Sequence record: ON286974
Source of the DNA: Escherichia phage W115
Direction: 5' to 3' (one strand)
Length of the DNA stretch: 64,000 nt
The translations under genes were made by a program, and so were the position numbers. Every line of letters begins with the position of its first letter. The stretch's first letter is position 1. The notes below the pieces were generated by a model. That model searched no databases, was not told the origin of the DNA, and was given only the letters and a program-made list of their open reading frames with translations. Shown here piece by piece: positions 9,868 to 19,053 of this stretch.

Positions 9868-10925
9868 TGAAAATTAGTGTTATCAATGATGCCGTTGATA
9901 GCTTTAAAGCGGGGGTTAAAACCTCCGCTGGTTTTACCTCAAAAAATAAAGGGAAAACATTAACCGCTCAATTCCCCGCTGAACGTGCTAGCGGTAATGA
10001 TGCTAGCGGTTATTATATCAACGACTTATATAATAATGGTCTGTTATTCACTGCATACGATTATACATCTCGTACTACTGGTTCGTTGCGTGATTTCAGG
10101 AAAAAGAAAAATGTTGCTAGCGGTTTTGGTGGTAGCGTTAATATCGCTGGTTTTGATTTAAATTTGGGTGGGAGAAATGCTGCATTTGACCGAGAGGCAA
10201 TTGCTAATATTCTTCTTCCTCGTAGTCAATCTGACGTTGACGCTGCTAGCCATAAGTTTAATGATGTTGGTGAATCTGTTATTTCTCGCGGTGGTGGTAC
10301 TTTAGGCGGTGCTCTTTCTAATATGGCATCTACTGCCGTTTTTGGTGGTATCGAAAGTATTACTGGTGGATACCTTGCCGATCACGGTGAACAGATTTAT
10401 AATACTGCGCGAAGCATGTATGCTGGTGCTGACGCACGAACTAAAAACTACGTATGGCATCTAACCCCACGTAGTATTGAAGACCTTCGCAATATTCTGA
10501 TCATATACGAAACGTTTTTAGAGTTGTCTTATGGGTCTAGTGGTATTTCCAGCACCGCAAAAGAATTAAAAGCGGAAGTTGATGCGTGGTATAAAAATAC
10601 ACTATTGAGAAAATCCACCCCAGAGGAAGCGAAGAGAAATGATACTCTGTTTGAAGGGATCACCGATTTTCTATCAAACGCAATTACTGTATCTAACCCG
10701 ACAATATGGATGATCTCTAACTTCGGCAAGCGTACATCGTTTGAAGGGCGTAGCGATGCATTTGGTCCCGCTCAGATCTCAAGTGTACGTCTGGACAAGT
10801 CGCCTGATGGTAAGTTTAATGGCCTTGCTATTTCTCCTAACTTGCCTAGTACATTTGTTCTGGAAGTATCATTTAGAGAGATCTTGACACTTTCCCGTGG
10901 TACTATATTTGGGAGTGTGGTATAA
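9867..10925 (+). CDS. 48: baseplate tail-tube junction protein gp48
   Basis: 352 aa; synteny. Confidence 0.7.
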   Translation: MKISVINDAVDSFKAGVKTSAGFTSKNKGKTLTAQFPAERASGNDASGYYINDLYNNGLLFTAYDYTSRTTGSLRDFRKKKNVASGFGGSVNIAGFDLNLGGRNAAFDREAIANILLPRSQSDVDAASHKFNDVGESVISRGGGTLGGALSNMASTAVFGGIESITGGYLADHGEQIYNTARSMYAGADARTKNYVWHLTPRSIEDLRNILIIYETFLELSYGSSGISSTAKELKAEVDAWYKNTLLRKSTPEEAKRNDTLFEGITDFLSNAITVSNPTIWMISNFGKRTSFEGRSDAFGPAQISSVRLDKSPDGKFNGLAISPNLPSTFVLEVSFREILTLSRGTIFGSVV

Positions 10926-11857
10926 TGTTTGATTTAAATGATTTTAACGAACAAGCCGCTAACCTTGACTTTCAGCGATCTAACTTATTCAGCGTGGCAT
11001 TTGCCACCACTCCAAGTAATAAGACACAAGCGATCCTAGAAAGTATGGGCGGTGCGGTATATGATATTATACCAAATGCATTAAATGACTATTTCGGGAT
11101 TACTCGTGGTGATTATACTGACGCATTAACAAATCTTGCTGTACAGGGTGTTAGGCGTGCTGTTGATTCATCCGGTGTCAAAAAGTATCTTTTAGGTGCA
11201 ATGTCATCCCGCGTAGTTCAATCTCTTCTGGGGCAATTTGATGTTGGTACATATGCGCTTGACTGGTTCAATATGGCATATAAGACAAGCGGTCTTCTGG
11301 TGTATGCTGTTAAGGTTCCAGAAAACAGATTGAATTATGAAATGGACCGTAACCACAATGCGCCAAACATTCGAATTACCGGACGTGATTTTGATCCGCT
11401 TGTATTGAGCTTTAGAATGGACTCTAGCGCATCAAACTATAGAGCAATGCAGGATTGGGTTAACTCAGTAGAAGACCCCGTGACAGGGCTTCGTGCGCTT
11501 CCTGTTGACGTTGAAGCAGATATTCAGGTTAACTTACATAACCGAATGGGAGTTCCTCACACAATCATGATGTTTAATGGTTGTGTTCCTGTTGGTGTGA
11601 GTGCACCGGAATTAACCTATGAAAACAACAACGAAATTACAACATTCGATGTTACTTTTGCGTATAGGACTATGCAAACTGGTGCTGTAGGAGAGCAAGC
11701 CGCGCGAGAATGGATTGAGGATAAGGCAATAAACGCAATAACAAACACTTTCGGCAATAATTTACTTGATAGTGGGTTATCTGCTGCTGGTAATGCTTTA
11801 TCGCGTCTAAATGGCGTTGGTGGGCGTGTGGTGAATACTGTCACTAACTGGTTCTGA
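10925..11857 (+). CDS. 54: baseplate tail-tube initiator gp54
   Basis: 310 aa; synteny; followed by terminator. Confidence 0.7.
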   Translation: MFDLNDFNEQAANLDFQRSNLFSVAFATTPSNKTQAILESMGGAVYDIIPNALNDYFGITRGDYTDALTNLAVQGVRRAVDSSGVKKYLLGAMSSRVVQSLLGQFDVGTYALDWFNMAYKTSGLLVYAVKVPENRLNYEMDRNHNAPNIRITGRDFDPLVLSFRMDSSASNYRAMQDWVNSVEDPVTGLRALPVDVEADIQVNLHNRMGVPHTIMMFNGCVPVGVSAPELTYENNNEITTFDVTFAYRTMQTGAVGEQAAREWIEDKAINAITNTFGNNLLDSGLSAAGNALSRLNGVGGRVVNTVTNWF

Positions 11858-11866
11858 TAAGCGAAA

Positions 11867-11893
11867 GGCGGGGATTATCCCCGCCTTTTTATT
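11867..11893. terminator. bidirectional rho-independent terminator after gp54 / after lipoprotein gene
   Basis: Hairpin ggcgggg-attat-ccccgcc followed by T-run; A-run on the other side. Confidence 0.7.
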
Positions 11894-12374
11894 TTGCTAA
11901 ATCATTGCAATATTTTAGTGCCTTAGTTTGAAATTCTGCGCTGTTAAGTTCTTCATAACGGTCATAATCACCGTTTAATGCTGCCTTTCTTGCTTCTTGC
12001 TCTATCTGCATGTCAGACATGATAATACAGCGATCCCGCGCTTTCATCTTCTCAAGTTGTATAGACTCTTCTTTCTGCTTGCGCAATTCTTCTTGACGCT
12101 TCTTTTCTTCTTGTGCTTTCTCTTCCCGCGCTTCTTTGATTGCCTCCTTGAACATCTGCGTTTGTGGTGCTAAACCAACTTTAACTCGATCTACGTCTCG
12201 ACGTTCCATTTTAGAAATAAAGCATGATTCGATCTGATCATCACTTGCATATGCTGCTTTACATTCACGAAGCAAGAAAACCGGATCTGATTTAGCATTC
12301 ATCATAGCTTCCATGTTGGCACAACCAGTAAGCATGAATGCAGCCGCAAGACCAATCAGTTTAATCATTTTCAT
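11889..12374 (-). CDS. predicted lipoprotein with coiled-coil, function unknown
   Basis: 161 aa; N-terminal signal peptide with lipobox LTGC; Lys/Glu-rich helix; start overlaps stop of upstream ART gene (ATGA). Confidence 0.55.
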   Translation of the reverse strand: MKMIKLIGLAAAFMLTGCANMEAMMNAKSDPVFLLRECKAAYASDDQIESCFISKMERRDVDRVKVGLAPQTQMFKEAIKEAREEKAQEEKKRQEELRKQKEESIQLEKMKARDRCIIMSDMQIEQEARKAALNGDYDRYEELNSAEFQTKALKYCNDLAK

Positions 12375-13195
12375 TTAGTCACCTCACCGAAAATTGTAAA
12401 TTGTCTACGATTCTCATCGCCGAAAGATTCTACTACGTCGTTTACCTTGACGCAAGTCCCGCGCGGTAAAATTACTTCACATTCGCAAGGGTTCCATGCA
12501 ATGGACCCAACAACAAAACCTTTATGATCTTTTACATCAATCACCCATGATACATTACAAGAATGTTGCATCTTTCCGGTCACGGATTCATATCGATTCT
12601 CACAATAAAGGCTAGTGCTGTTTGATAGCCAGCCTCCAAAGATGATCGGTGTCATGCTGGTCGATACAAAGTTTTTAAAGGTAAATTCCTTATCTTCAAT
12701 AATACGCTCTATTGTCTGAATGTCAAGATGTTGACCTCGATAAAGAGTACCGTTTAACTTTTCGGTTTTATCCATGACGCAATCCATCAAATCAACAATT
12801 TCTGATATCTCGTCGGTCATGTCCTCTTCCCCTAAGAGAGCACCATTTACCCATTCGTATTGTTCAGACACATAATCACAGATTGCATTATATTCTGCTG
12901 GGGTTATGTTGTTATGTTTGTAATGTTTGAATACATTATCTCCAAAGTCTTCGGAATGTACTTCATACATCACATTAATGATTTTCTTGACAAATCCATA
13001 ATCTTGCGTCTCGCGCTCAAGGAAGCGGATAACCTTCACATAATCATCAAAGTTAATCTGATCGCTGATCATCTCAGTGATCATGTAACCATTAATCCCC
13101 TCAATGTCATATGTTTCGATGTAATTATCCATACGTTCCATCATTGATTCGCGTGATTCTTCTGAAAGACGAAAATCCTGTAATTGTTTGAACAT
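12371..13195 (-). CDS. Alt-family ADP-ribosyltransferase paralog (short form)
   Basis: 274 aa; R-S-E motifs TLYRGQ, FVSTS, ECEVILPRG matching those in the adjacent 683-aa Alt; GGGAGG RBS. Confidence 0.65.
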   Translation of the reverse strand: MFKQLQDFRLSEESRESMMERMDNYIETYDIEGINGYMITEMISDQINFDDYVKVIRFLERETQDYGFVKKIINVMYEVHSEDFGDNVFKHYKHNNITPAEYNAICDYVSEQYEWVNGALLGEEDMTDEISEIVDLMDCVMDKTEKLNGTLYRGQHLDIQTIERIIEDKEFTFKNFVSTSMTPIIFGGWLSNSTSLYCENRYESVTGKMQHSCNVSWVIDVKDHKGFVVGSIAWNPCECEVILPRGTCVKVNDVVESFGDENRRQFTIFGEVTK

Positions 13196-13216
13196 TTTAA
13201 ACCTCCCATATAACAG

Positions 13217-13250
13217 AAAACGGGGCTAGTATAAAACTAGTCCCCGTTTG
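13217..13250 (-). terminator. rho-independent terminator downstream of alt
   Basis: Long hairpin aaacggggctagt-ataaa-actagtccccgttt. Confidence 0.6.
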
Positions 13251-13273
13251 AGTCAACCATTATTTCTTAAAAA

Positions 13274-15325
13274 TTACATTTTAAATTTATCTGGCATTGC
13301 GTCTACAGATACCAGATCAGCGATAAGCTGACGTAGAGTTGCCTTATCTGCTTTCTTACGTTCGGTTTTAGCTTCGCTAATGAAGCTGGAGAAAGACAGG
13401 TCAGAAGCAGGTTTAACAACACCTTCACGGATGAATGCATCACCGTCCGCGATCATCTCGCCAGATTCTTGTAATGCTGCCAGTTCATTTTTGTTCATAA
13501 TATGTGCCTCAATGTAATAAGTTTCTTGTGAATCCGTCGATGCCGTAGCACGAGTTACCGTATCAAAGGATAACACAACACCGCGAGGAAGTAAAATCTC
13601 GCATTCTTTGTAAGCAAATGCTTTGTTACCTACTGGCAACACAGGGATGTTTTCCGCGCCAGCAATGGAGAAAGCAACATTAGCGCCACCTTCACCGCGA
13701 GAGCCAGCCATAGAATCAACACCAGCAACGGCACTAGCCACGTTTGCATTCCAGCCGCCAAAAATGTTAGGTTCAAGGGAAGTGCTCACATAGTTTTTAA
13801 AGTAAAACGCTTTTTGCTTACGTGCAGTTTCCCACATTTGCGACCGGAAGTCCATACCACGATACAGAATAGTACCCGGATCAAGTTTAACGCCATAGTT
13901 GGAGAAGGCATTATCCAGTGCATCGCACATCTTGACCAATTCTTCTGGATCTGCGATGCCTTCAAACTCTTCCAGCTTACGGTCGGTTAGGAAGTTGTTC
14001 ATATTGATGTATGCTGCATCGGCATATTCGCTCAACACAAAACCTTCCGCGCCCGGCAGATCAAGATCAATATCTGCCATCATTTCACCCATGTTGCTAG
14101 CAATTGCTTCAAACATACCGGAAGCAACATTACGTAGGGCATCGGTTTTAATCTGGGTGATATGACTACGCAGCATTTCAGCTTTTACATCTGCTGGCAT
14201 AGACTGGTCTACTCGATCCATTGCCAGGGCGGTGATCTTGTTTTCGAATACTTCCTCGCTCATGATTTCTTTTAAGCGTTTGATTGATGCTGCGATAACT
14301 TCCGCAGACAACGGATCATATTGATCCTGAACTTTTACCAGTTCGCTTACTGCGTATTTTGCATCGGCTTCGCTTTCAAAAATAGTACGCATGAAACCAT
14401 AGCGAGTGATAATATCACTTGTCCAGTCATTCAGAGAACGGGCGGTTGAACGTTCTAAGGCTTGACGGTCAATCAGAGTATTAAACTGTTTCTTAGGTTC
14501 TGCTTCGGTGATATCTTCTTCCGGTTTAAGATTAATTTTTTCTGGATGATTCACATAGTCGCTGTTATAGGTCGCTTGAGTTTTCAGCATTTCTTCTTTA
14601 GTCAAACGAGATTTAGCCGCTACGCGTTGTTCTGCTTCCGAGTTTCGTTCTTCTTCTGACACAAGACTAGCCGCATACGCCTCATCTTTAGTCAGAGATT
14701 CACCAGTAGCCTTAGATACCCAGCGATCACCTAAATCACTTTCTACTTTAGTGAACAAGGATTCATCAAGTTTAATCCCTTTAATCTTATCAATCGCCAT
14801 CCCGCGACGCTTGACAACAACTAAAGCGATCTTTTTGCTGGTCATTACTTCCTGCTGGAATACTTCAAACTTCGGTGTACGACGCACCAAACGCTCTATA
14901 ACGCGCTTAACCAGTTCGGTCTTACCTTTCATGCGGGATACGTTAAAACGGAACATAACAGCGTCTAATTGCGCTTTACGGGCTGTTTCCATAACCACAT
15001 CAAAAGCACTTGCCATAACTGCAATCGGGTTATCTCCTAGACCATTTTTAAGCTGTACAATACGACCGCTTTTGTTCATTTCGCACAGTACAACATGTGC
15101 GGTCTTGTCACCCATACGAATGATTTTAGGTGTTTTGTTGGTGAAGTTACAAAGACGGACAATCACATCTTTATCGCGTGTCTGTACTGCAAAAAGCTGT
15201 TTAGGATTCTGCTTAGGCTTTAAGCACTGTACCGGAGCAATACTACCAAAGTTTTCTTCCTCTTCCGTCAACAGCCATTTCTCGAAAGATTCAATCATTA
15301 GATCGTCGATTTCTAAGTTAAACAT
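13274..15325 (-). CDS. alt: Alt ADP-ribosyltransferase (capsid-packaged)
   Basis: 683 aa, same size as T4 Alt; C-terminal ART motifs LYRG, YVSTS, YKECEILLPRG; location after gene 54. Confidence 0.8.
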   Translation of the reverse strand: MFNLEIDDLMIESFEKWLLTEEEENFGSIAPVQCLKPKQNPKQLFAVQTRDKDVIVRLCNFTNKTPKIIRMGDKTAHVVLCEMNKSGRIVQLKNGLGDNPIAVMASAFDVVMETARKAQLDAVMFRFNVSRMKGKTELVKRVIERLVRRTPKFEVFQQEVMTSKKIALVVVKRRGMAIDKIKGIKLDESLFTKVESDLGDRWVSKATGESLTKDEAYAASLVSEEERNSEAEQRVAAKSRLTKEEMLKTQATYNSDYVNHPEKINLKPEEDITEAEPKKQFNTLIDRQALERSTARSLNDWTSDIITRYGFMRTIFESEADAKYAVSELVKVQDQYDPLSAEVIAASIKRLKEIMSEEVFENKITALAMDRVDQSMPADVKAEMLRSHITQIKTDALRNVASGMFEAIASNMGEMMADIDLDLPGAEGFVLSEYADAAYINMNNFLTDRKLEEFEGIADPEELVKMCDALDNAFSNYGVKLDPGTILYRGMDFRSQMWETARKQKAFYFKNYVSTSLEPNIFGGWNANVASAVAGVDSMAGSRGEGGANVAFSIAGAENIPVLPVGNKAFAYKECEILLPRGVVLSFDTVTRATASTDSQETYYIEAHIMNKNELAALQESGEMIADGDAFIREGVVKPASDLSFSSFISEAKTERKKADKATLRQLIADLVSVDAMPDKFKM

Positions 15326-15365
15326 TTTATATCCTCTAGTTGATAACCTATAAACCTATATTTAT

Positions 15366-15392
15366 GAAAAAGGGGCTTAACGCCCCCATTTA
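15366..15392 (-). terminator. rho-independent terminator
   Basis: Hairpin ggggc-ttaac-gcccc with U-run on the minus-strand transcript. Confidence 0.5.
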
Positions 15393-15605
15393 TTATAATG
15401 CACCATCGAGCAATTGCTCTAAGGTGTATCCTGAATAGTCTTTTTCAATCAGGGTATATTTTCCTACTCGTTTAATACAGCCACGCATTTCAACGTATTC
15501 TGCGTAGTTGATGGTGCGAGTTGTTCCATCTTCCAGTAATGCAGTACCGATTTCGTTAATGCGGTCATAAGTTACGTCGGTAATGATGATTTCGATGTTA
15601 GCCAT
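15393..15605 (-). CDS. hypothetical small protein (70 aa)
   Basis: Track ORF with AGGAG RBS and own early promoter. Confidence 0.5.
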   Translation of the reverse strand: MANIEIIITDVTYDRINEIGTALLEDGTTRTINYAEYVEMRGCIKRVGKYTLIEKDYSGYTLEQLLDGAL

Positions 15606-15641
15606 TTGATACTCCTTAGTAGTTCGTTTCGGTATGGGTGT

Positions 15642-15670
15642 ATTATGATATACACCATCTGTTATGTCAA
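15642..15670 (-). promoter_or_regulatory. sigma70-type early promoter (TTGACA-17-CATAAT)
   Basis: Read on minus strand: GTTGACA, 17-nt spacer, CATAAT, upstream A-rich tract. Confidence 0.55.
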
Positions 15671-15676
15671 CAACTT

Positions 15677-15856
15677 TTAGAACATTTTTGAAATTAATTC
15701 TGCTTTGATTTCGCAGAGAACATCTAAAGATTTCTCGTCACCCGCTTTTGCTGCTTCTGCTTGCATTTTTGAAATGGCTTCAATGTCAGTGCAATTATAA
15801 GCCGCTTGAACTTTAGCGATTGCGATGATTGCCGATTCGATGGTTAAGTTTTTCAT
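15677..15856 (-). CDS. hypothetical small protein (59 aa)
   Basis: Unlisted ORF MKNLTIESAIIAIAKVQAAYNC... with GGAGAA RBS downstream of a PeSL promoter. Confidence 0.45.
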   Translation of the reverse strand: MKNLTIESAIIAIAKVQAAYNCTDIEAISKMQAEAAKAGDEKSLDVLCEIKAELISKMF

Positions 15857-15888
15857 GTTTGATTCTCCTTTCGTTTCGGTATGTGTGC

Positions 15889-15918
15889 ATTATAGGGGAT
15901 CACCGATCCCCCTGTCAA
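15889..15918 (-). promoter_or_regulatory. PeSL-type early promoter (stem-loop between -35 and -10)
   Basis: TTGACA then palindrome GGGGATCGGTGATCCCC then TATAAT on the minus strand. Confidence 0.6.
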
Positions 15919-15925
15919 CAATTTT

Positions 15926-16444
15926 TTAGTTATTTTTTAATTGCTCATCTTGCAATAGGGCAATCACATGCTGGCGATGTTCTTCCGATTGAGGCACACC
16001 GAAAAAGTTTGTTTTGTAGAAATACTCTAATCGGTCTTCTCGTGTGCTCTCTTCCATCATGATCGCGGGTAGTCCGAGATTTCGGAAACGTCGCTTTTCT
16101 GCTGGCGTAAAATCACTGTAATACAACATAGAATCATCATTACCAGCAATGCTAAACTCATCCTTCATAAAGGAGAATATTGCGTTTAAACGCTGTTTAC
16201 CGTCCACGATTTCGATCTCATAGCGAGAGCCATCATCAATCTTAGCCATTGCGATAGCACCAACCGGAAAATCATTAATCAGGTTTTCGATAAACATACG
16301 TTTGTTTTCGGTGTCCCATACCAAAGGACGCTGATAATCTGGGTTCATGTTGATATAGCCATCTTCTAACCATGCATCATAAACAGAGATGACAAAGTTT
16401 TTAGTATTGGTATAGTAACGGCGTTTAGGCGTTAAACGGTTCAT
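15926..16444 (-). CDS. DUF262/ParB-like N-terminal domain protein
   Basis: Motifs NPDYQRPLVWD and IVDGKQRL typical of the DUF262 (GmrSD N-terminal / ParB-like) fold; start re-assigned to ATG 16444 with AGGAGA RBS, 1 nt after upstream stop. Confidence 0.5.
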   Translation of the reverse strand: MNRLTPKRRYYTNTKNFVISVYDAWLEDGYINMNPDYQRPLVWDTENKRMFIENLINDFPVGAIAMAKIDDGSRYEIEIVDGKQRLNAIFSFMKDEFSIAGNDDSMLYYSDFTPAEKRRFRNLGLPAIMMEESTREDRLEYFYKTNFFGVPQSEEHRQHVIALLQDEQLKNN

Positions 16445-16445
16445 G

Positions 16446-16778
16446 TTATAGTCTCCTGAATGGATCATCACGTAAATCAATATCTTTTAAGAACTCATCC
16501 CATGAATGGCGGATATTGTTCTTAATTCTCCAGATAAGAGCAGGGATTGAACGCTCTCCCATCTGGAAGTATGGATCATATGATCCGTATGCCCAATATG
16601 CTACTACAATTCCACAATCAGCGCAATAGTATTCTATTTCACTTGCTGGCGACCAAAGTCCATCAATATGATCGGTGATCTTGCTTTCGATGTTATGGCT
16701 ATGACAATCAGGGCAACGGATGCAATGACCTTGTTTATCGTAATTTGACGTTAGCGAATACTTAAACAATCTCATCAT
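16446..16778 (-). CDS. Cys/His-rich zinc-ribbon protein
   Basis: 110 aa with CIRCPDCHSH ... CADCG; ATGA start/stop overlap with upstream gene. Confidence 0.5.
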   Translation of the reverse strand: MMRLFKYSLTSNYDKQGHCIRCPDCHSHNIESKITDHIDGLWSPASEIEYYCADCGIVVAYWAYGSYDPYFQMGERSIPALIWRIKNNIRHSWDEFLKDIDLRDDPFRRL

Positions 16779-17491
16779 AGATCCTTATTGGCTTCAAATA
16801 CTGCCTTTGCGAATCCTCGCGGGGTAAGTGACCTGATAGTCTTTGTTCTGGTTCCTTTCCCGCCTAGCTTAGAATGCTGTTTACTGTACCCTTTATTAAT
16901 CTGCAACGGTTTCTTTTCTGGCATTATAAAGCCTTGTCCGGTCCATAAGCAAGTCTTTTTTGGGTACATATCACGGGCGGCAATATACTCAGGAAACGTA
17001 GGATGTTTATCATCTTCCGGCAAATAACCGCCATATTCCCACGGATGGAACATGTAATCAGGCTTACGCCACATGCTAGAGATAACGCTTACAGGATTCT
17101 CTATCATGTATGGAACTCCTAGCCATTCACCCAAATAAGCGGTTATTTTAGCTGCCCGTACATCATGAACTTGAATCAATGGTCCTTGTTCTCGTTTCTT
17201 TCGTTCAAAGTGCGCAGCGCCACTAACAGCTAAATTGGTGCACGGTGGGAATGCAAAGATAATATCCGGTTTCCCCCATTCAAGGTCCATTGCTCTTTCC
17301 AGCCAGTTCAAATCAATCCAGGTGTTTACATAGGTAATGTTTTGATGTTCAAATCTGGTATTATATTTTTTGTATGTACCGTGGTCGGCGTCATCCGCAT
17401 TAAAGCAGACTACCTTATGACCTGCTTTAGCCCATTCTAGCCCCATTATCCCCGATCCGTCAAAGTTGCAGAATATTAATTTTTGTTTCAT
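16775..17491 (-). CDS. compact cytosine-C5 methyltransferase-like protein (putative)
   Basis: 238 aa; motif I-like FCNFDGSGIMG, ADDADHGTYKKYN, motif IV-like FAFPPC, ENP (ENV-like), C-terminal RSLTPRGFAKA resembling motif IX; no obvious target-recognition domain. Confidence 0.45.
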   Translation of the reverse strand: MKQKLIFCNFDGSGIMGLEWAKAGHKVVCFNADDADHGTYKKYNTRFEHQNITYVNTWIDLNWLERAMDLEWGKPDIIFAFPPCTNLAVSGAAHFERKKREQGPLIQVHDVRAAKITAYLGEWLGVPYMIENPVSVISSMWRKPDYMFHPWEYGGYLPEDDKHPTFPEYIAARDMYPKKTCLWTGQGFIMPEKKPLQINKGYSKQHSKLGGKGTRTKTIRSLTPRGFAKAVFEANKDL

Positions 17492-17733
17492 ATACGCCCC
17501 TTTAATCCAACACAGATTTTAGAAGGTTCTTTGCCGTGCCACATTAAGTAAATTCCGTTAGTACGGCCTTGTTTTGTATATGATTCTTTTCTGATCTTCT
17601 TATAGTGTCGTGCTTCCTCAGCCGATTGTTTAGAATGTCGATCATAAAGGAAGAGGAACAAAGGCCACCCATTAGCGACCTTAATGCAGTTATTCAAAAA
17701 TTCCTTATTTCGTTTAATTAATTTTCTTTTCAC
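17488..17733 (-). CDS. hypothetical basic protein (81 aa)
   Basis: Track ORF; GTG start overlapping upstream stop (GTGA); part of the coupled operon. Confidence 0.4.
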   Translation of the reverse strand: MKRKLIKRNKEFLNNCIKVANGWPLFLFLYDRHSKQSAEEARHYKKIRKESYTKQGRTNGIYLMWHGKEPSKICVGLKGRI

Positions 17734-17981
17734 GCTGCCCCCATTGGTTTGATAGTAACAGAATCTAAAAGACCTTTGTTAGCCAGTTCGCGGCAAGTTT
17801 TCAGATCCGCAACTTCCCAGCCAGCCGCAATCAGGTTATCAATCAGGCTGTTAGCAATTTCTTCGCTCATGAAAGAGCACTGTTTGCCGATGGTGTAGCG
17901 TACACGCTGTAATTTCAGTTTACGGAAGCCTTTAACGTTCAGGTCTTTAGCGATTTTCTTTGCGGTTTCGATGTTAGCCAT
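17730..17981 (-). CDS. hypothetical protein (83 aa), first gene of the coupled operon
   Basis: Track ORF with AGGAGA RBS directly downstream of a PeSL promoter. Confidence 0.5.
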   Translation of the reverse strand: MANIETAKKIAKDLNVKGFRKLKLQRVRYTIGKQCSFMSEEIANSLIDNLIAAGWEVADLKTCRELANKGLLDSVTIKPMGAA

Positions 17982-18021
17982 TGTTTGATTCTCCTAAGTG
18001 GTATCTCGTCTTGATGGTTGT

Positions 18022-18050
18022 ATTGTAGGGGAGTTATCCTCCCCTGTCAA
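18022..18050 (-). promoter_or_regulatory. PeSL-type early promoter
   Basis: TTGACA, palindrome AGGGGAGGATAACTCCCCT, TACAAT on minus strand. Confidence 0.55.
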
Positions 18051-18064
18051 CACTTTTTATAAAA

Positions 18065-18232
18065 TTATTTGTTAATTTCTGGTGCGTTGCTCGGATAGTA
18101 ACCTTCTTTAACACCCAGATATTTTGCAACCATCCCTACAATCTTCTGTGCTACTACAATGTCAAATTTCAGATAATCTTCGCCGTGGGTTTCAATGATA
18201 TATGCTTCACATGCTGCTTTAGTCTCGAACAT
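18065..18232 (-). CDS. hypothetical 55-aa protein, copy 1 of a duplicated gene
   Basis: MFETKAACEAYIIETHGEDYLKFDIVVAQKIVGMVAKYLGVKEGYYPSNAPEINK; near-identical DNA copy at 21852..22019. Confidence 0.5.
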   Translation of the reverse strand: MFETKAACEAYIIETHGEDYLKFDIVVAQKIVGMVAKYLGVKEGYYPSNAPEINK

Positions 18233-18265
18233 TTTGATTCTCCTATTTCGTTTCGGTATGTGTGT

Positions 18266-18295
18266 AGTATAGGGGATCTCCCGATCCCCGTCAAC
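18266..18295 (-). promoter_or_regulatory. PeSL-type early promoter
   Basis: TTGACG, palindrome GGGGATCGGGAGATCCCC, TATACT. Confidence 0.5.
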
Positions 18296-18308
18296 AACTT
18301 TTTTAAAA

Positions 18309-18590
18309 TTATTCGTGATTAGTTTCGATGTTATACATTTTGCACCAGTTCAGCCAATCACCCAGATCCTGATAGTTGATGCTTTTATCTGCTGCCATCG
18401 TTTTTGTCTTGATACCCATATGTGCGTTATGAGTAAGCATTTTTACAGTGAACTCAATTTTATCGCCTTTAGCTTTAACATCAACCAGTTTGGTCCACTG
18501 GCTACCAGCGCCGCGAATGTTCATACCAACGATGTTTCCGATGTATGCTTCTTTGTTTTTCAGGATTTCGGTTGCTTTGATGAATTTCAT
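18309..18590 (-). CDS. hypothetical protein (93 aa)
   Basis: Track ORF with GGAGAA RBS and upstream PeSL promoter. Confidence 0.5.
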   Translation of the reverse strand: MKFIKATEILKNKEAYIGNIVGMNIRGAGSQWTKLVDVKAKGDKIEFTVKMLTHNAHMGIKTKTMAADKSINYQDLGDWLNWCKMYNIETNHE

Positions 18591-18663
18591 TTTTGATTCT
18601 CCAGTTCGTTTCGGTATGGGTGTATTATGCTATGTTCTTACTTTGGTGTCAACAACTTTTTTT

Positions 18664-18933
18664 TTAGATATTTTCAGAAATAAATTTTAAAACTTGACGT
18701 AAATGTTTCTCATCTTTGATAGTTGCCGGAAGTTCTTCTTTTACTTCCTGTGCAAGATAGATATTTCCGTTCCAAGTGAAAGATCCGTCTTCGTTTACTC
18801 GATAGCTGAACATCCACTCGCAATCATTTTCGATTTCATATACACACAGAAGGGTGTAATCGTTAAAGCTATTGATTTCAATGTCGAAGCCGTGACGTTT
18901 TGCAAAGTTGGTAGTGGTTTTAGTCAGTGCCAT
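18664..18933 (-). CDS. hypothetical protein (89 aa)
   Basis: Track ORF with AGGAGAA RBS and upstream promoter cassette. Confidence 0.5.
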   Translation of the reverse strand: MALTKTTTNFAKRHGFDIEINSFNDYTLLCVYEIENDCEWMFSYRVNEDGSFTWNGNIYLAQEVKEELPATIKDEKHLRQVLKFISENI

Positions 18934-19024
18934 TGTTTGATTCTCCTAAGTGGTATCTCGTTTCGATGTGTGTATTATGCTATGGGCGTGATCTGGTGTC
19001 AACAACTTTTTTAAATTTTTGGAA

Positions 19025-19050
19025 ATAAAAAGCCGACACTAAGGTCGGCA
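19025..19050 (-). terminator. rho-independent terminator (gccgac-actaag-gtcggc family)
   Basis: Hairpin plus U-run on minus transcript; same hairpin recurs at 19529-19554. Confidence 0.55.
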
Positions 19051-19053
19051 CAT

